A stretch of DNA of 64,000 bases from the human T2T-CHM13v2.0 reference genome, Homo sapiens: positions 13,344,001 through 13,408,000 of the forward strand of contig CP086569.2 of assembly GCA_009914755.4 (NCBI GenBank). The letters run 5' to 3'. Shown here piece after piece: positions 1 to 14,179 of the stretch. The translations under genes were made by a program, and so were the position numbers. Position 1 is the stretch's first letter; every line of letters begins with the position of its first letter. Under the pieces are notes generated by a model. It was not told where the DNA came from. It searched no databases and saw only the letters and a program-made list of their open reading frames with translations.

Positions 1-480
1 TAACATCCCCTCCCCACCAAGATACTCTGCCTCCCTACTGCTCACCGCTTTGTGCCATCAACATGGTTAAGCGTGTGTGTGTTATTGCACCATGAGGTAG
101 CTGAAGATCTCACAACAGAGAGCCACAGTCTCTTTGTGCAAATCAATGGCCAAACCAACATTGCAAGCAATCCTTTTTTAGAATGCAGGGTCTAGCTGCC
201 TAACTTATCTTTATAACCACATCACATTCAATGAGTTGGGAATGCTTAGTGAGAAAGCTCACGTACTTCACACAGAAGAAAACACACTTTAAGACATCAA
301 GTTGTGTCAAGAATAAAAGGAAATTTCCACAACAGTGATAAACAGCCTTCTTGTTTTAGTTGTTTTTCCTCTAAGTAATCAGGGGATCTTAACATCTTCA
401 GACATTTTCTGGTTCTGAAAGGAAGACTGGAAATAAATGACACTGTGGGGACAAAAAAAAAGTCTATTAAACAAAGTAAA

Positions 481-850
481 AGAAAACCAAGATCCAACTC
501 TATGTTGTTACAAGAGACGCTTGCTATATATTTAGAGCAAGAATATTTAGCAGAAGGAAGATTAGAACAGAAAAAAATACAGCAGAAATGAAGTTGCACA
601 TCTTAAATATATACAATGTTTGTTTATTATGCTTTAAAAAAATCTAGAAGAATGAAAAATCTATTTAAAAAAAAAGAAAACCAAGATCCAACTATGTGCT
701 GTCTATATGACATTTGCCTTACTTTCAGCAGAAGGAAATAGATTAGAAAAAATAAATTATGCAAAAATGAAGCTGTGCATCTTAAATATATACAATGTTT
801 ATTTGTCAATTATACCTTAATAAAGCTGGAAAAATTAAAAATAGAAAATA
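481..850. repeat. Two tandem copies of an approximately 190 bp unit (481-674 and 675-850), roughly 80% identical
   Basis: Unit motifs agaaaaccaagatccaact, gcagaaggaa.atagaa and gcaaaaatgaag.tg.gcatcttaaatatatacaatgttt recur in the same order about 194 bp apart. Confidence 0.7.
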
Positions 851-854
851 TTTG

Positions 855-1167
<313 letters not shown>

Positions 1168-2305
1168 TTAAAAATTGTTAAAATCATATCTGGAAATAAA
1201 TATTAGTTTTCAAAACATTGTTTTTTTACATTTTGCCATTTGTTAAGGATTTTGATGATCTTAAATGAATTGAGTAACTTTCTTTTTGGTTAAAACTAAT
1301 ATTTGTAGGAAATTCTTTTTTAGAATATGGCCTTGTTGGTCTTTATAACTTCTGAAGTGATGTTGTCATTTGCTCCACTTTATAAAATAAAAGCAAAGTA
1401 TGATTCTTAAAAGTCCACATCAAGTGACAGACATCTGCTTCTATCTGTGCAGCTCTGTTACTACAACTCTTTCTCTACAAAGTGTGCAAGCTTCAGTGTA
1501 TGGCCTCAGCATGTACACAGTTCCACAGGTTGTGCACTGCATCACATCACCGTGGATATGGTTAGTATACCATGTACGTCATCCTTTAGGAGACAGAGAA
1601 AATTAATGACCTAACTAAGGAGAAGTGGACAGCTGGGTACCATTAGCAGCAGCCTGGAACTTTAGAGTCAAGTTCGCAGAGCTCTGAGCCCCATTTGATA
1701 CCAAACCCATATGTATTTGCTGTCATGCACATATTTCCTAGATAGTATAAAGGCTTTACAGCCAGCGAGGTGATATAGGCCCAGGATCCACATAAATGTC
1801 ACTGCTCACCCTTGAAGAGATCTCCCTAACATCAGCTCACTCTGTCTACATCCTCCTTTCTGATCTCAGGAACTTTAAGGGAGGGGAAGATAAACTTGGT
1901 GCTTGGGAATACCTGGTGAGGGTATCATCGAAGTACAATGGAGAAAGTAGACAAAAATACTTACCAGGCAGCCAAAAGGCATGAAAGAGCTTCAAGACAT
2001 TATACCTCTTTAGCAAAAAAGTGCTTCCACCTCAGATAAATGGGGCATGCATCATCCACGTTTTTAAAACTACACCTATTTCAGAAACTCAACTGGCCCC
2101 CATTCCAATGATTTTCCTTTTAAAATATTGCACTAAAATATATTTGTCTTATTGAGTTTGTGGGGGACCCCTGTACCCCGCCCTTATATTTTGTGCTTGT
2201 GGAGACTGCCTCTCTCTGCTTATTCAGTTTCAGCCCTTGGTTGACAAAGGCTTACAAATCACTGCCACGAAGGCTACTGAAATTAACACATGGTGTTCGT
2301 TAATG

Positions 2306-2370
2306 ATGGCTGCCACGTTGGGTGAAAGAGTGTTGTCACTGAACCCAAGAATCTGCTCTCAGATTGCCAG
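2306..2370 (+). repeat. Short interspersed-repeat fragment homologous to the 5' region of the MaLR-type LTR at 4960-5035
   Basis: ggctgccacgttgggtgaaagagtgttgtcactgaacccaagaatctgctct matches gctgccatgttggggggaagagtgttgtcactgaatgcaagaacctgctct. Confidence 0.5.
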
Positions 2371-3217
2371 GAAAATAAGGCAGTTTTTCAGTAACTCAGT
2401 TTCCTCCTAAAATTTCAGGACAGGGCATAACATAGATGGAGGCTTACCCCAAACAGAGGTTCATTAGCTAACGGTTGATACTGCCCATTCACCAGCAGAG
2501 AGAGCGCATGGGAAGGTTTTAGGATTTTTGAGGCCAAATGCAAATCCTAAAGCAAACACCGTAGGAATGGGCACCCCTTTCTGGTTTCCTTCGGGGACAC
2601 AAAGAAGGTATGAGTTAGAGGGCCCTGGGCAAACTCCAGACAGATTCTGACGTGGGTGGCCTGAGGTTTAAACCAAGCCTCCAGAGACACCCAGTTAAAG
2701 ATCTGAGTCACTCTTTAGGCTATAAAACAATCCCTGACAATCCCTGACTGTTGTTTCAGAGATTTCTTTAGGGCATCCTCTGCTCTCAAATCCCAAGTGA
2801 TTCTTCAAACCCAGGAGTGTGGAGCCGGCATTGAACCAGGAAGCCACAGCAGATCTTTCTTCTCTCCTATGGTCTGAGCACACCTTCTGAATTTCAGAGA
2901 GGCTTATAATTTAGTGTTTTGGTAGTTTTCTTTGTGGGTGGGGTTCTGTGCAAAACATTCACATTCAACCCAGATATTTTTCGTGACCCACCTGTGACGA
3001 AAATTTCACTGAATACAAAACAGGACTATATTTGATTAGTTCAATCAACTATCATGCTTTAGTCCTGCAATGTAGGTTAGTAATTTTTTTGTTTGTTTCT
3101 TTTTCTTTCCTTTTTTTCTCCCTCTCTTTTACATTAGACAGATAACGTGCCAGCGTCATTGTAACAAGGTTTAGAGGAAGGTACAGACTACACCTGACCA
3201 TGAAAACCAAATCGTTG

Positions 3218-3518
3218 ACCAGGCACGGTGGCCCATGCCTGTAATCCCAGCACTTGGGGAAGCCAAGGCAGGCAGATAATCACTTGAGGTCAGGAGTTCA
3301 AGAACAGTCTGGCCAACATGGGGAAACCCCATCTCTACAAAAAATACACAAATTAGCCAGGCATGGTGGTGCATGACTGTATTCCCAGCTCTTCAGGAGG
3401 CTGAGGCAAGAGAATCTCTTGAACCCAACCCAGGAGGTAGAGATTGCAGTGAGCCGAGATCATGCCACTGCACTCCAGCCTGGGCAACAGAGTGAAACTC
3501 TGTCTCAAAAAAAAAATA
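3218..3518 (+). mobile_element. Alu SINE
   Basis: gaccaggcacggtggcccatgcctgtaatcccagc start, A-rich linker, right arm, gtctc plus A/(TAAA) tail. Confidence 0.9.
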
Positions 3519-3855
3519 AATAAATTTTTAAAAATCACATTATTGGGCAAGTTATGTATATTGAACTTAACCAGGAATAACTTTGCTAGTGACAGACATC
3601 CAAAAGTAATTTTTAAAATAAAAAATCAGGCATCGTAACAAGGAAAACAATGTTTAGAGCCAAAGTTACCATGGGTCCTGAAACAAATTCCTCCTATTGT
3701 TTAGTTTGGAATAACTGGCTGCTGCTCCCATCAGTGTCACCACCACCATGGATATGATGGAAGACACAATTTTTGCTACCATATTGCCTGCAGGAGTGGA
3801 GAAAAAGCAAGCTCATCTGAGAAAAAAATATGGCTGCAGGAAAACTGCTTAAATA

Positions 3856-3935
3856 TTAGATTGGTCCAAAAGTTATTACGGTTTTTGCCATTGAAAGTAA
3901 TGACAAAAACTGCAATAACTTTTGCACCAATCTAA
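3856..3935. mobile_element. MADE1 (80 bp Hsmar1 mariner-derived MITE)
   Basis: ttagattggtccaaaagttattacggtttttgccattgaaagtaatgacaaaaactgcaataacttttgcaccaatctaa is a near-perfect palindrome matching the Hsmar1 terminal inverted repeats, flanked by TA. Confidence 0.85.
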
Positions 3936-4159
3936 TAACATCTCCATCACATCCCTTCCCACCCTTGTACCCACAGAAAAAAAAAAAGAGAAAGTTAATT
4001 TAAAAAAAAAAAAACCTTAGGAAGTAATTCTGTTTTCACAAAGAGCCAAGCTTGTCAACCACATCTTATCACTGAAGACATCCAAGGCCAGGATTTGCAC
4101 AGACGAGGCACTTGGTATTTTTGTTTGTTGAATTCAATTCATGTATGCCTTTTAATTAA

Positions 4160-4192
4160 TTTTATTTATTTATTTATTTATTTATTTATTAT
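4160..4192. repeat. (ATTT)n microsatellite
   Basis: tttatttatttatttatttatttattt. Confidence 0.9.
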
Positions 4193-4479
4193 TTTCTGAG
4201 AAGGAATCTTGCTCTGTCGCCCAGTCTGGCATACAGTGGCGTGATCTCGGCTCACTGCAATCTCTACTTCCCATGTTCAAGTGATTCTCCTGCCTCAACC
4301 TTTCAAGTAGCTGGGACTACAGGTGTATGCCATCACGTCCAGCTAATTTTTGTATTTTTAGTAGATGCAGGGTTTCACCATGTTGGCCAGGCCGGTCTCG
4401 AACTCCTGACTTCAGGTGATCCACTCACCTGGGTCTCCCAAAGTGCTGGGACTACAGGCACAAGCCACCACGCCTGGCC
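4193..4479 (-). mobile_element. Alu SINE, full length
   Basis: Reverse-complement Alu: gagaaggaatcttgctctgtcgcccag through ggattacaggc ... cgcctggcc. Confidence 0.9.
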
Positions 4480-4483
4480 TGAT

Positions 4484-4595
4484 TTATTTTTTTAGAGATG
4501 GGGTCTCACTATGCCGCCTAAGCTGGTCCTGAACTCCTGGGCTCAAGTGATCTTCCTGCCTCAGCCTCCTGAGTAGTTGGGATGACAGGCACATG
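4484..4595 (-). mobile_element. Alu fragment (right monomer only)
   Basis: tttttttagagatggggtctcactatg...cctcagcctcctgagtagttgggatgacaggcacatg. Confidence 0.8.
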
Positions 4596-4959
4596 TCAAA
4601 ACTATTTTGTGCCTTTTTAGATGTAGAATGCCCACTCATGCAAAAATATTGTTCCACTAAAAACTGCCAGATAGGCTTGCTTTCAAAGGCATGCTGGAAC
4701 TCTAGACCCAAGCACACACTAGACACAAGCATCCTCAATGCCTCGATGGCAAATTGCTCCAGAGCTTTGGCACTCCTGCACAAAGAACAAGAAGGAGCTT
4801 GATGTGACAAAAATCAACACTTCCAAAGGGAAAAAAGGAAGAAATCACTGTTTCCATTTGAAATAGCCACCCTTTCCATGCATGGCTTTCTTCAGACAGG
4901 GTTGAACACATGGGCCAATACATGGCATGGCATAGGTGAGGGACACAAGACTGCTCCAA

Positions 4960-5558
4960 GAATGAGGCTGCCATGTTGGGGGGAAGAGTGTTGTCACTGA
5001 ATGCAAGAACCTGCTCTATGGCTGATGCTGCCACCTGCCACACCCTGCCTCCTGGGAGAGACAGCCTTCTATTCTTCCCCTCCCTACATGCACACAATCC
5101 ATAGTATGATTTCACAGTGTTCCCCGTCCAGAGGTGGAGCTGCATCTTCATTCTGAGAATCCAGGCTTTAGCCAACAGAATGTCACACAAGTGAAGACAT
5201 GTGGCTCTAAGCCCAGGCACGCTTCTCTTCATGCTCTTGGTACCCTACCTGGTCTGTGGTGTGTGATGAAGCCTGGCCTGGCTTCCTGGAGGGATGTGAG
5301 AGTCCACATGAAGCTGAGATGAACCATTCCACCTAAGGCCCCAAATACATAAGAAGACCCAGGAAACATGGTCAAAGCGCTGGCCACACCTACAGCTGAC
5401 TGCACACAAGACAAGTAGTTCAGAAGAGACCAGGAGGACCACTAGAATGGTTTCAGCCCAAATTGCTGACTCACATAATCATGAACATAGTAAATGGTGG
5501 TTATTTCCAGCCACTAAGTTTTGGGGTCTTTTGTGACACAGCATAGCTGACTGATACA
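4960..5558 (+). mobile_element. Solo LTR of ERVL-MaLR type (MLT1-like)
   Basis: The 3' terminus ccagccactaagttttggggtcttttgtgacacagcatagctgactgatacat matches the characteristic MaLR LTR end (...aagccactaagtt.tggggtaatttgttac.cagcaatag.taactaatacA). Confidence 0.55.
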
Positions 5559-7195
5559 TACCTTTTCCTCTCTCCCATCTCTTACAAATCAGTCAAGTAC
5601 AATCAATTGTCATTACCAAGTGGTCATCCAAGCTGACTGCTTCTCTTTGCCTCCCTTGCCCAGGCTTTAATTCAGCCTGTCATCATTTCCAGAGGGTACT
5701 AAACTGGTCTGAAATGGAGTCTCCCTGGGCCTTAGTGAGTCCCCTCAGGTCCATTCTTCACCTACACATCCAACAGGGGCAGGCTGTTCCCCATGAAGGT
5801 TCTAAGAAATGCAGACTTCACCTCTGCTAACCTGGTGGTCTTTCTTTGTCACCATTGCATCCTTCCCTGGTTCCCGTTGCATTCCACACTTTGGCTACAC
5901 AATCTCTAGTGTCCCCATATGTGTATCCAGCTCTACCTAGCACACTATCTTCCCTGACATCTCGCTCTTCTCCTGGGCACTTCCCACCCATATTTTGGGG
6001 ATTGGTTTGGATATTGTTCTCTCCAGGAAGCCCTACCTCCCTCACCTAACCCAGTCTAGGAGTATCCCTTCTGCCTTGCTACAGGATCCCATACGTTCCA
6101 GCAAATTATTCATCAGATTTGACTGCAATTACTTGTTTATTTGCCTTGCCCTTTCCATCTCTGGACCTCACTTTACACCACAGTGGGAAAAAGGTGAATC
6201 CATAAATTTGTTTAAGGATGCCAACATATCCCAAAAATATTGATACTAGTACTCTGCATGTTCATTGAAAGGTAGAGGTCACGTTCAATCACTTTCTCCT
6301 CCCCCATAATTGAAAACTCACAAGAGCCTTGGGGTTGAGTGCATTTACTCTCAACTTAAACTCAAGCAGGTGTCAGCCCAAATCTCTAAGAATATGACTC
6401 TTAGGGAATGGGGAACCTGTTCTCCCAGCAATACAGGACATAAAATCAGCCTTCTGGGCTTCAAGTTCTCCCTCCTTTGACCTGAGACGGGATTGACAGT
6501 GCATTCTGACGGCTTCTTTGGGCAGAGTGTTCATAACTTCCTTTCTCCTGTCCTTGGGTTTCAAGTTAGTGCTGGTCAAAGAAAGGGGAGTAATGGTGGT
6601 ACTGGGAGAAATGTAAGTCTCAGCACTCATTCACAGCCTTGCTTTGAGAGCTAAGGGGCATCTTCTGCAGTGAAAACCAATGCTTGCCTCTCCTTTCTCT
6701 GAACTCTGATTGGTCCTGTTCTGAAGGTCAGATATTTTTATTCAGAAGCTACTTTATATACATACAAAGTATGAGTGCTCCATGAAAGTCATGAGGTTGG
6801 GAAACAGAAGCCCACACAGCTCCTCCCAGTGCTGATTTAGGAGAGTGTGCTCTTATTAAAGGTTGGGACCAGGTGAGTCAATCAGTTACCTTCTGGATTG
6901 CCATAGGTTGAATGGTGATCTCCACCTGTAAGCAGAAAAGGATGCTCGTGTTTATTCAGCAGAGCTTATGGAGGGCTTTATATTGCCGGGCACTGTTGAG
7001 GATGCAACTATGAACACAGCACACAGATCTCTGTTTTCAGGGAATTTACATTCTTGTGGGGGGAGGGGGACAGCCAAGCAGCATAAGGAGGAGGAATGTG
7101 AATGTGTATGCCATGTCTAATGGTCATTAGCGGAATGGGGATAATACCAGGGAGAGGCAGATTCAGCTTTAATTTCAGGATTGGAGAGTCTACAT

Positions 7196-8146
7196 ACATG
7201 CGCATGCAAAACACACACAGGCTGACAACCCCATGGACACACATGTACACACATACACGCCATTCATACACACTCACATGCAACACACACTGACATGCAC
7301 AAATGTGTGTGCACGTGCATACACACATGCAGCATGCAACAAACGTGCAACACACAGGCAGACAAGCACACATACACATATGCACACACACATGCATTTA
7401 CACACATGTGCAACATGTAAATACAAATGCAACACAGAAGCACACATGCCCTCAATGTGCACATCCACACACATGCACATCCCACATATCCCCACATACA
7501 CACACATGCACATACCACACACACAGGCAACAAAAGCACATATAAAGCACAATTCGCCTAAACAAACACATGTACACATGTGTGCATATGCACACACTGA
7601 TGTGTGCACATGTTAACACCTGTATGCATAAACACATGCATGTACACACAAATATGCACACACACATAAACACATTCATGTGTTTATGTGTGTGCCTGTA
7701 CACATGCATGTGTACACACAATCCACATGCACAGATGCACATGATATATTCATGCAGTATGCACATACCACACGAGCACACCCAGATGCACACTCCTGCA
7801 TCTATCCACATGCACACATGTGCTTGCACACCCCTAAATGTATGCATGTGAATGGACACACACGGGAAACATGCAATGCATATGCAACCCAAGCACAAAC
7901 ATGCACACATGCAAAATCCACAAGCACATGCCAACACATCTGTGCACATACACAAACATGCATCGCTCAATCCACATGTGTGCACACAGACACTTGCACA
8001 CGTGCATATGAAATCCACATGCACTTATGCACATGATTACAAAATCCACATGCACATGTACACATGCATGCACACACAATACACACAAGCATACCTGTGT
8101 GTGAACACATATGCATACACACACACGTGCACACACATGCACCCAG
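7196..8146. repeat. Approximately 950 bp degenerate (CA)n / (CACATG)n-like purine-pyrimidine alternating tract
   Basis: Continuous acacacatgcacacatgtgcac variants; the overlapping ORFs are C/H/T/M low-complexity translations. Confidence 0.9.
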
Positions 8147-8790
8147 TAAAACCTGTAAGTGGGCCATAGTTCCTTTCAAGAAATTAAGTCCTCAGGGCAT
8201 GCACAACATCTTCCCCCAGCATGGATGACCAAGGAAAATGCAAATTAAAGACCGGAACGGCCAGTTAGTGGTTGTGCATTGGATAAAAGCATGAGCTTCA
8301 CATCAGTGCAGACAGTGTGTTAGTTATTTGCAAATGGACAGTTTTGCCTCACATATTCTGTAAGACATAATTCTTTTTCCGTAAGTATTTCCATAACAAG
8401 AGTTGGGTCTATAGCCCCCTCTTCCTGCAGGATAGAAAAGAGACCATGAAATGCTAGCTATTGCTCAGGAAGTCTACGTGATCTTACAGAAACAAGCAGG
8501 TCAGCAAACCTGAAGCAAGATGCTCTTAAAGGCTGCAGAGATTCCAATGGCTCTCCCAAGGCTAGGGAAGGTGCACAGGTGCCATCTGGCCCTTGTTTAC
8601 TGTTTACACTGGTGGCTGAAGGTGCATTAGATGTGCATCCCTGAGGGTCTGGAGGCCTGACATAGATGGCCAAATGCGTTTTATTTGGCATAAAACAAAT
8701 GCCCACAAATGTTGGTTAAAAAAAAGAGAATAGGATGAAAACGCAGGCCATAAGTAGGAATCATAACCCATTAAAAAAAAGAGTTCCTCC

Positions 8791-9095
8791 AGGTTGGGTG
8801 TGGTGGCTCACACCTGTAATCCTACCACTTTGGGAGGCCAAGGCAGTAAGACCACTTGAGCTCAGTTGGAGCCCAGCCGGAGAAACATAGCAAGACCCCA
8901 TTTCTACTAAAAATAAAATTTTTAAAAAATTAGCTGTGTGTGGTGATGTGCACCTGTAGTCTCAGCTACTTGGGAGACTGAGGCAAAAGATTGCTTGAAC
9001 CCAGGAGGTGGAGGCTGTGATCTATGATCACATCCCTGCACTCCAGGCTGGGCTACAGAGTGAGATTTTGTCTCAGAAAAACAACAACAAAAAAG
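8791..9095 (+). mobile_element. Alu SINE
   Basis: aggttgggtgtggtggctcacacctgtaatcc ... gtctcagaaaaacaacaacaaaaaag. Confidence 0.9.
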
Positions 9096-9194
9096 TTTTT
9101 CTATATTTTTCTAATGTGTTAAGAGCAATTTTTAAAAATACAGATTTGAGATTTTTAAAACTAATGCTTTGTGCTGATTTTGAAGTGGAACAAC

Positions 9195-10000
9195 TTATGT
9201 GGATAGTGGGTTCTATGGGCTGAACTATATCCCCCTCCAAATTCACAGGTCGCAGTCCTAACCCCCAGGGCATCAGACTGTGGCTGTATTTGAACACAAC
9301 GTCTTTAGACAGCTGATTAAAATAAAACGAGATCACTAGGGTTGGCCCTAATCCAATAGGACTACAGACCTTATAAGAAGAGGAGATGAGGACACAGACA
9401 CACACAGAGGGATGACCCTGTGAGGACACAGGGAGAAGATGGTGTCTACAAGCCAAGGAGGGAGGCCTCAGGAGGAACCAGCCCTGCTCACACCTTTATC
9501 TTGGACCTCCAGCCTCTAGGACTGTGAGAGAACCAATGTCTGTTGTGTGTAAGCCACCCCGTCTATAGTATTCTGTGATAGCAGCCTGAAATGGACTAAG
9601 ACATCTCATAAGAAGAGGAGATTGGAACACAGACACACACAGAGGGACGACCCTGTGAGGACACAGGGAGAAGATGGTGTCTCCAAACCAAAGAGAGAGG
9701 CCTCAGGAGGAACCAGCCCTGCCCACACCTTGATCTTGGACCTCCAGCCTCTAGGGCTGTGGGAGAATCAATGTCTGTTGTCTATAAGCCACCAGTCTAT
9801 AGTATTCTGTGATAGCAGCCTGAAATGGACTGAGACATCTCATAAGAACAGGAGGTTTTAACACAGACACCCACAGAGGGACGACCCTGTGAGGACACAG
9901 GGAGATGATGATGTCGACGAGCCCAGGAGAGTGGCTTCAGGAGGAACCAGCCCTGCTCACATCTTGATCTCAGATTTCCAGTCTCCAGGACTGTGGGAGA
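9195..10000 (+). mobile_element. MaLR-like LTR copy with about 2.7 internal tandem copies of an approximately 243 bp unit
   Basis: At 9200-9375 the reverse-complement of the conserved motif cttataagg.c.cagtc.tattggattagggcc.accc...ctttaaag.ccc.tctccaaa is present. It is followed by units starting ataagaagaggagat..gacacagacacacacagaggga.gaccctgtgaggacacagggagaagatggtgtct.caa.ccaa.gag.gaggcctcaggaggaaccagccctgc.cacacctt.atcttggacctccagcctctagg.ctgtg.gagaa..aatgtctgttgt.t.taagccacc..gtctatagtattctgtgatagcagcctgaaatggactaagacatctc at about 9366, 9609 and 9848. Confidence 0.6.
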
Positions 10001-10840
10001 AGAAAACCCTTTTGCTTCAGCCCTCCTGACTCTAGTAATTTACAATGGCAGCCTTAGCAGACAAGAGAAACTTGTCCACCAGTATTTAAAAACGACGAGC
10101 GCAACATTTTCTCCCCAGTCTCCGCAGGGAGGCCAGACTTTGGGCTTCCCTCCGCGGCCAGCCAAGGTCAGCCCTCACCCCTCAGTGCTCTGCATGAAGC
10201 CAGAACAAGCCTAACACTCTCTGCCTCCTTTGGGGATTCGGGGAGAAGCCGCGTGACTCATCCCATGGCGGCGGCTTGCATCCCAGCCGGCACCTCCATG
10301 CTGATGCTAATCTGAGCGCTGACTCACAGCCTCGCTCTGCCGGGGCTGGAGAGCAGGGGTCCAGGCAGGAAGGGGAGCACAGGCATCCTCAAAAACAAGC
10401 GTCATGCTCCCAAAACTGGGCTGTGCCTCATGCACGCCTGATGCTCTTGGCCCAGCTGCTGCTTCCACCGGGCCCTGGCCCTGCCAAGGACCACAGGGCT
10501 ATCTGCTATATTCCGGCAGTTTTGCCCCAGGGATACAGCAGCACCCTGACCAGTAAGCTTTGATCCATTCGGGAGCCAGATAATGGTCCCCCAAAAATGG
10601 CACAGCGCAGACCTCCCGAGACTAACTTCACAGGAAAACAGGAAACGATCAGGGCTCTCAGGGGAGCCGCTTGCTGAATCATTTCTTTCTAACTGATGAG
10701 TATGCCAGAGAACAAAAGAACATGTCCTGAATAGCTCCTTACAGAGAGAAGTTTCAGAGAATCGTGCATGAGGTGAAAAGGCTCATTCGTAGGCTGTAGG
10801 GGTGTGGGGACGGCTCGCTTTATATAACACGCTCCAAGGT

Positions 10841-10944
10841 GGGCCGGATGTGGTGGTGCAGGCCTGTAATCCCAGCACTTATGGAGGCCAAGGTAGGAGG
10901 ATCGCTTGAGCCCAGTTCAAGACCAGCCTGGGCAATGTGGCGAA
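10841..10944 (+). mobile_element. Alu fragment (left monomer)
   Basis: gggccggatgtggtggtgcaggcctgtaatcccagcacttatggaggccaaggtaggaggatcgcttgagcccagttcaagaccagcctgggcaatgtggcgaaacc. Confidence 0.8.
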
Positions 10945-11993
<1,049 letters not shown>

Positions 11994-12192
11994 GTGAGAT
12001 CCTATCTCTACAAAAATTTTTTTTTTAATTTAGCTGGGTATGATGGTGTGTGCCTGTAGCCCCAGCTCCTCAGGAGGCTGAGGTGGGAGGATCACTTGAG
12101 CCCAGGAGTTTGAGGCTGCAGTGAGCTATGATTGCACCACTGCACTCCAGCCTGGGCAACAGAGTAAGACTCTGTCTCTAAATAAATAAGTA
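11994..12192 (+). mobile_element. Alu, 5'-truncated
   Basis: tgagatcctatctctacaaaaatttttttttaatttagctgggtatgatggtgtgtgcctgtagccccagc...gactctgtctctaaataaataag. Confidence 0.8.
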
Positions 12193-12276
12193 ATAGAATA
12201 ATAAAAAACTACTCCCAGTGGCTTTCTGTAAAAACATTTAATTTGGTCTTTGCCTGACATTTTCAGTTAAATTGAA

Positions 12277-12890
12277 ACCGCCTTTGCAAAAATTATAACA
12301 GTAAGAAAATTACGACAGTGAAAGAGATCTGACCTAACCGACTGCATCGTGCCTGTAGCCCTCAAACAGCCCTAGTTCATTCCTGAACACAGACTCAGAT
12401 AACCATAGGAGGAATGTCCAGCTTAACATTCAAACAAAGATAACAGCTCTTTTCTGAAACAAACTCCCTTCTTCCCCGGGGATCAGACTGCCTTTGAAAG
12501 ACTAACAAATTAGTCACAAGATTAGAAATTATATTAATAGGTTAGGAGCCATGCAGCCGGAGGCCACAAGATTCCAAACCTCTTCAGTTGCTCCTAGGGA
12601 TGGCATCACTATTGTAAAACCTAAGGTTGAAGTTGAGATATTTTTTAAACCCTGCATTGAGATGCACCAGCCGGCACCACCCAGACTGGTAATGCGGCTC
12701 AGCGAGCTCTGCCGTCCCACACAAGAACAGAAGACAACAAAAAGAATCCATGTCCATCCTCTGTGACTCTACTGCCAACTAACCAATCAGCATTCCCCAT
12801 GCCCAGGTCTCCTACCAGCGAAATTATACTTTGAAAAACCCTGTGTCCACATTTTGGGTGAAGCTGATTTGAGTCGTAAAACTCCAGTCT
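12277..12890 (+). mobile_element. LTR-like element, family X copy 2 (about 75% identical to copy 1); its 3' end is truncated by an Alu
   Basis: accgcctttgcaaaaattataacagtaagaaaattacgacagtgaaagag...ctaaccaatcagc...aaactccagtct, then Alu. Confidence 0.55.
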
Positions 12891-13222
<332 letters not shown>

Positions 13223-13479
13223 TTACTTTATTACTTAGGCACATAGCAAGGGTATGGGAGTCCTTGATAAGGCTCTTCTTTTTAATGAAAAGCAGCCCCA
13301 AATCATTTCATAACAAAAAGCAGCCTGTAAAGTTGAGCTGCAGACATAGACAAGCCAGCTAGAAGCCTGCATGGGTGAATGCCAGCAGGAACTAGGGCCT
13401 AGACATGTTCAAGATGGCAGCTTCATCTTCCCTCCTCTTTGTCAGCCCTATGTACAGTAAGAAGCAGACAAGATGGCAC

Positions 13480-13950
13480 TGACCAACTGGAAAGCCCATT
13501 TACATAACAAGATTAGGGTGGGGCCACCAGCCTTCCCCACACACTATGTAGAAGTCATACCTGATTGAACCAATCTGTGAGCCCTATGTAAATCAGACAC
13601 CGCCTCCTCCAGCCTGCCTATAAAAGCTGCTGTGGTCCACAACCTCCCAACTTTTTCAGACGTTTCTCTCTCTCTCTCACAAGAAGATGCTCTCCTCTCT
13701 CCTTTCTTCTATCAAACTTTCAACTCCTTAACCCACTCACATGTGTCCGTGTCCTGAATTCTTTCTCAGGATGTGACAATGAACCCCAGGGTATGTACCC
13801 CAGACAGCATAGCTGCTTCACAGGTTCCCGTTCAGTCAGCTCTGTGTGAATTAAACTCTTTTTCTATTGTAATTCCTGTCTTAATAAATCAGGTCTATCT
13901 AGGTAGTAGGTAAGGGGAACCCCTTAGGTAGTTACAGAAAGATGGTGGAA
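13480..13950 (+). mobile_element. Divergent LTR related to family X, with TATA-like box and polyadenylation signal
   Basis: ccaatctgtgagcc, cctataaaagctgctg, aattaaactctttttctattgtaattcctgtcttaataaatcaggtctatctaggtag...ggtagttacagaaag parallels the 3' end of copies 1 and 3. Confidence 0.4.
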
Positions 13951-13987
13951 GGAACCCATAATATGTGGAGTTGAAGGTGGTCAATTC

Positions 13988-14146
13988 TTTTTTTGTGTTC
14001 TTTTTTTGTTTTGAGACATTCCATGGCCCAGGCTGGAAGGCAGTGGTGCTATCATGGCTCACTGCAGCCTCAAACTTCCAGGGTCACTTCAAACTCCTGA
14101 CTAGCTGGGACCACAGGTACACACTTCCATGCCCAGCTAATTTTTG

Positions 14147-14179
<33 letters not shown>

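Noticed and set aside
3700-3830. 38-codon minus-strand micropeptide-like frame MVAKIVSSIISMVVVTLMGAAASYSKLNNRRNLFQDPW with one hydrophobic helix
   Set aside because: It is too short to evaluate from sequence. There is no recognisable homology (it is not sarcolipin-like, phospholamban-like or DWORF-like), and no splice or promoter context. Reported only for completeness.
7008-8179. Many overlapping ORFs of 60-190 aa on both strands (C/H/T/M/V-rich)
   Set aside because: These are translations of the (CA)n / (CACATG)n tract.
9340-10000. Regular approximately 240 bp tandem arrays (also 25678-26170 and 59490-60683) considered as a satellite or CRISPR-like array
   Set aside because: This is eukaryotic, primate DNA. 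The unit is the 3' module of a MaLR-type LTR and each array is contiguous with the unique 5' part of that LTR. It is therefore an LTR with an internal tandem duplication, not a satellite or CRISPR.
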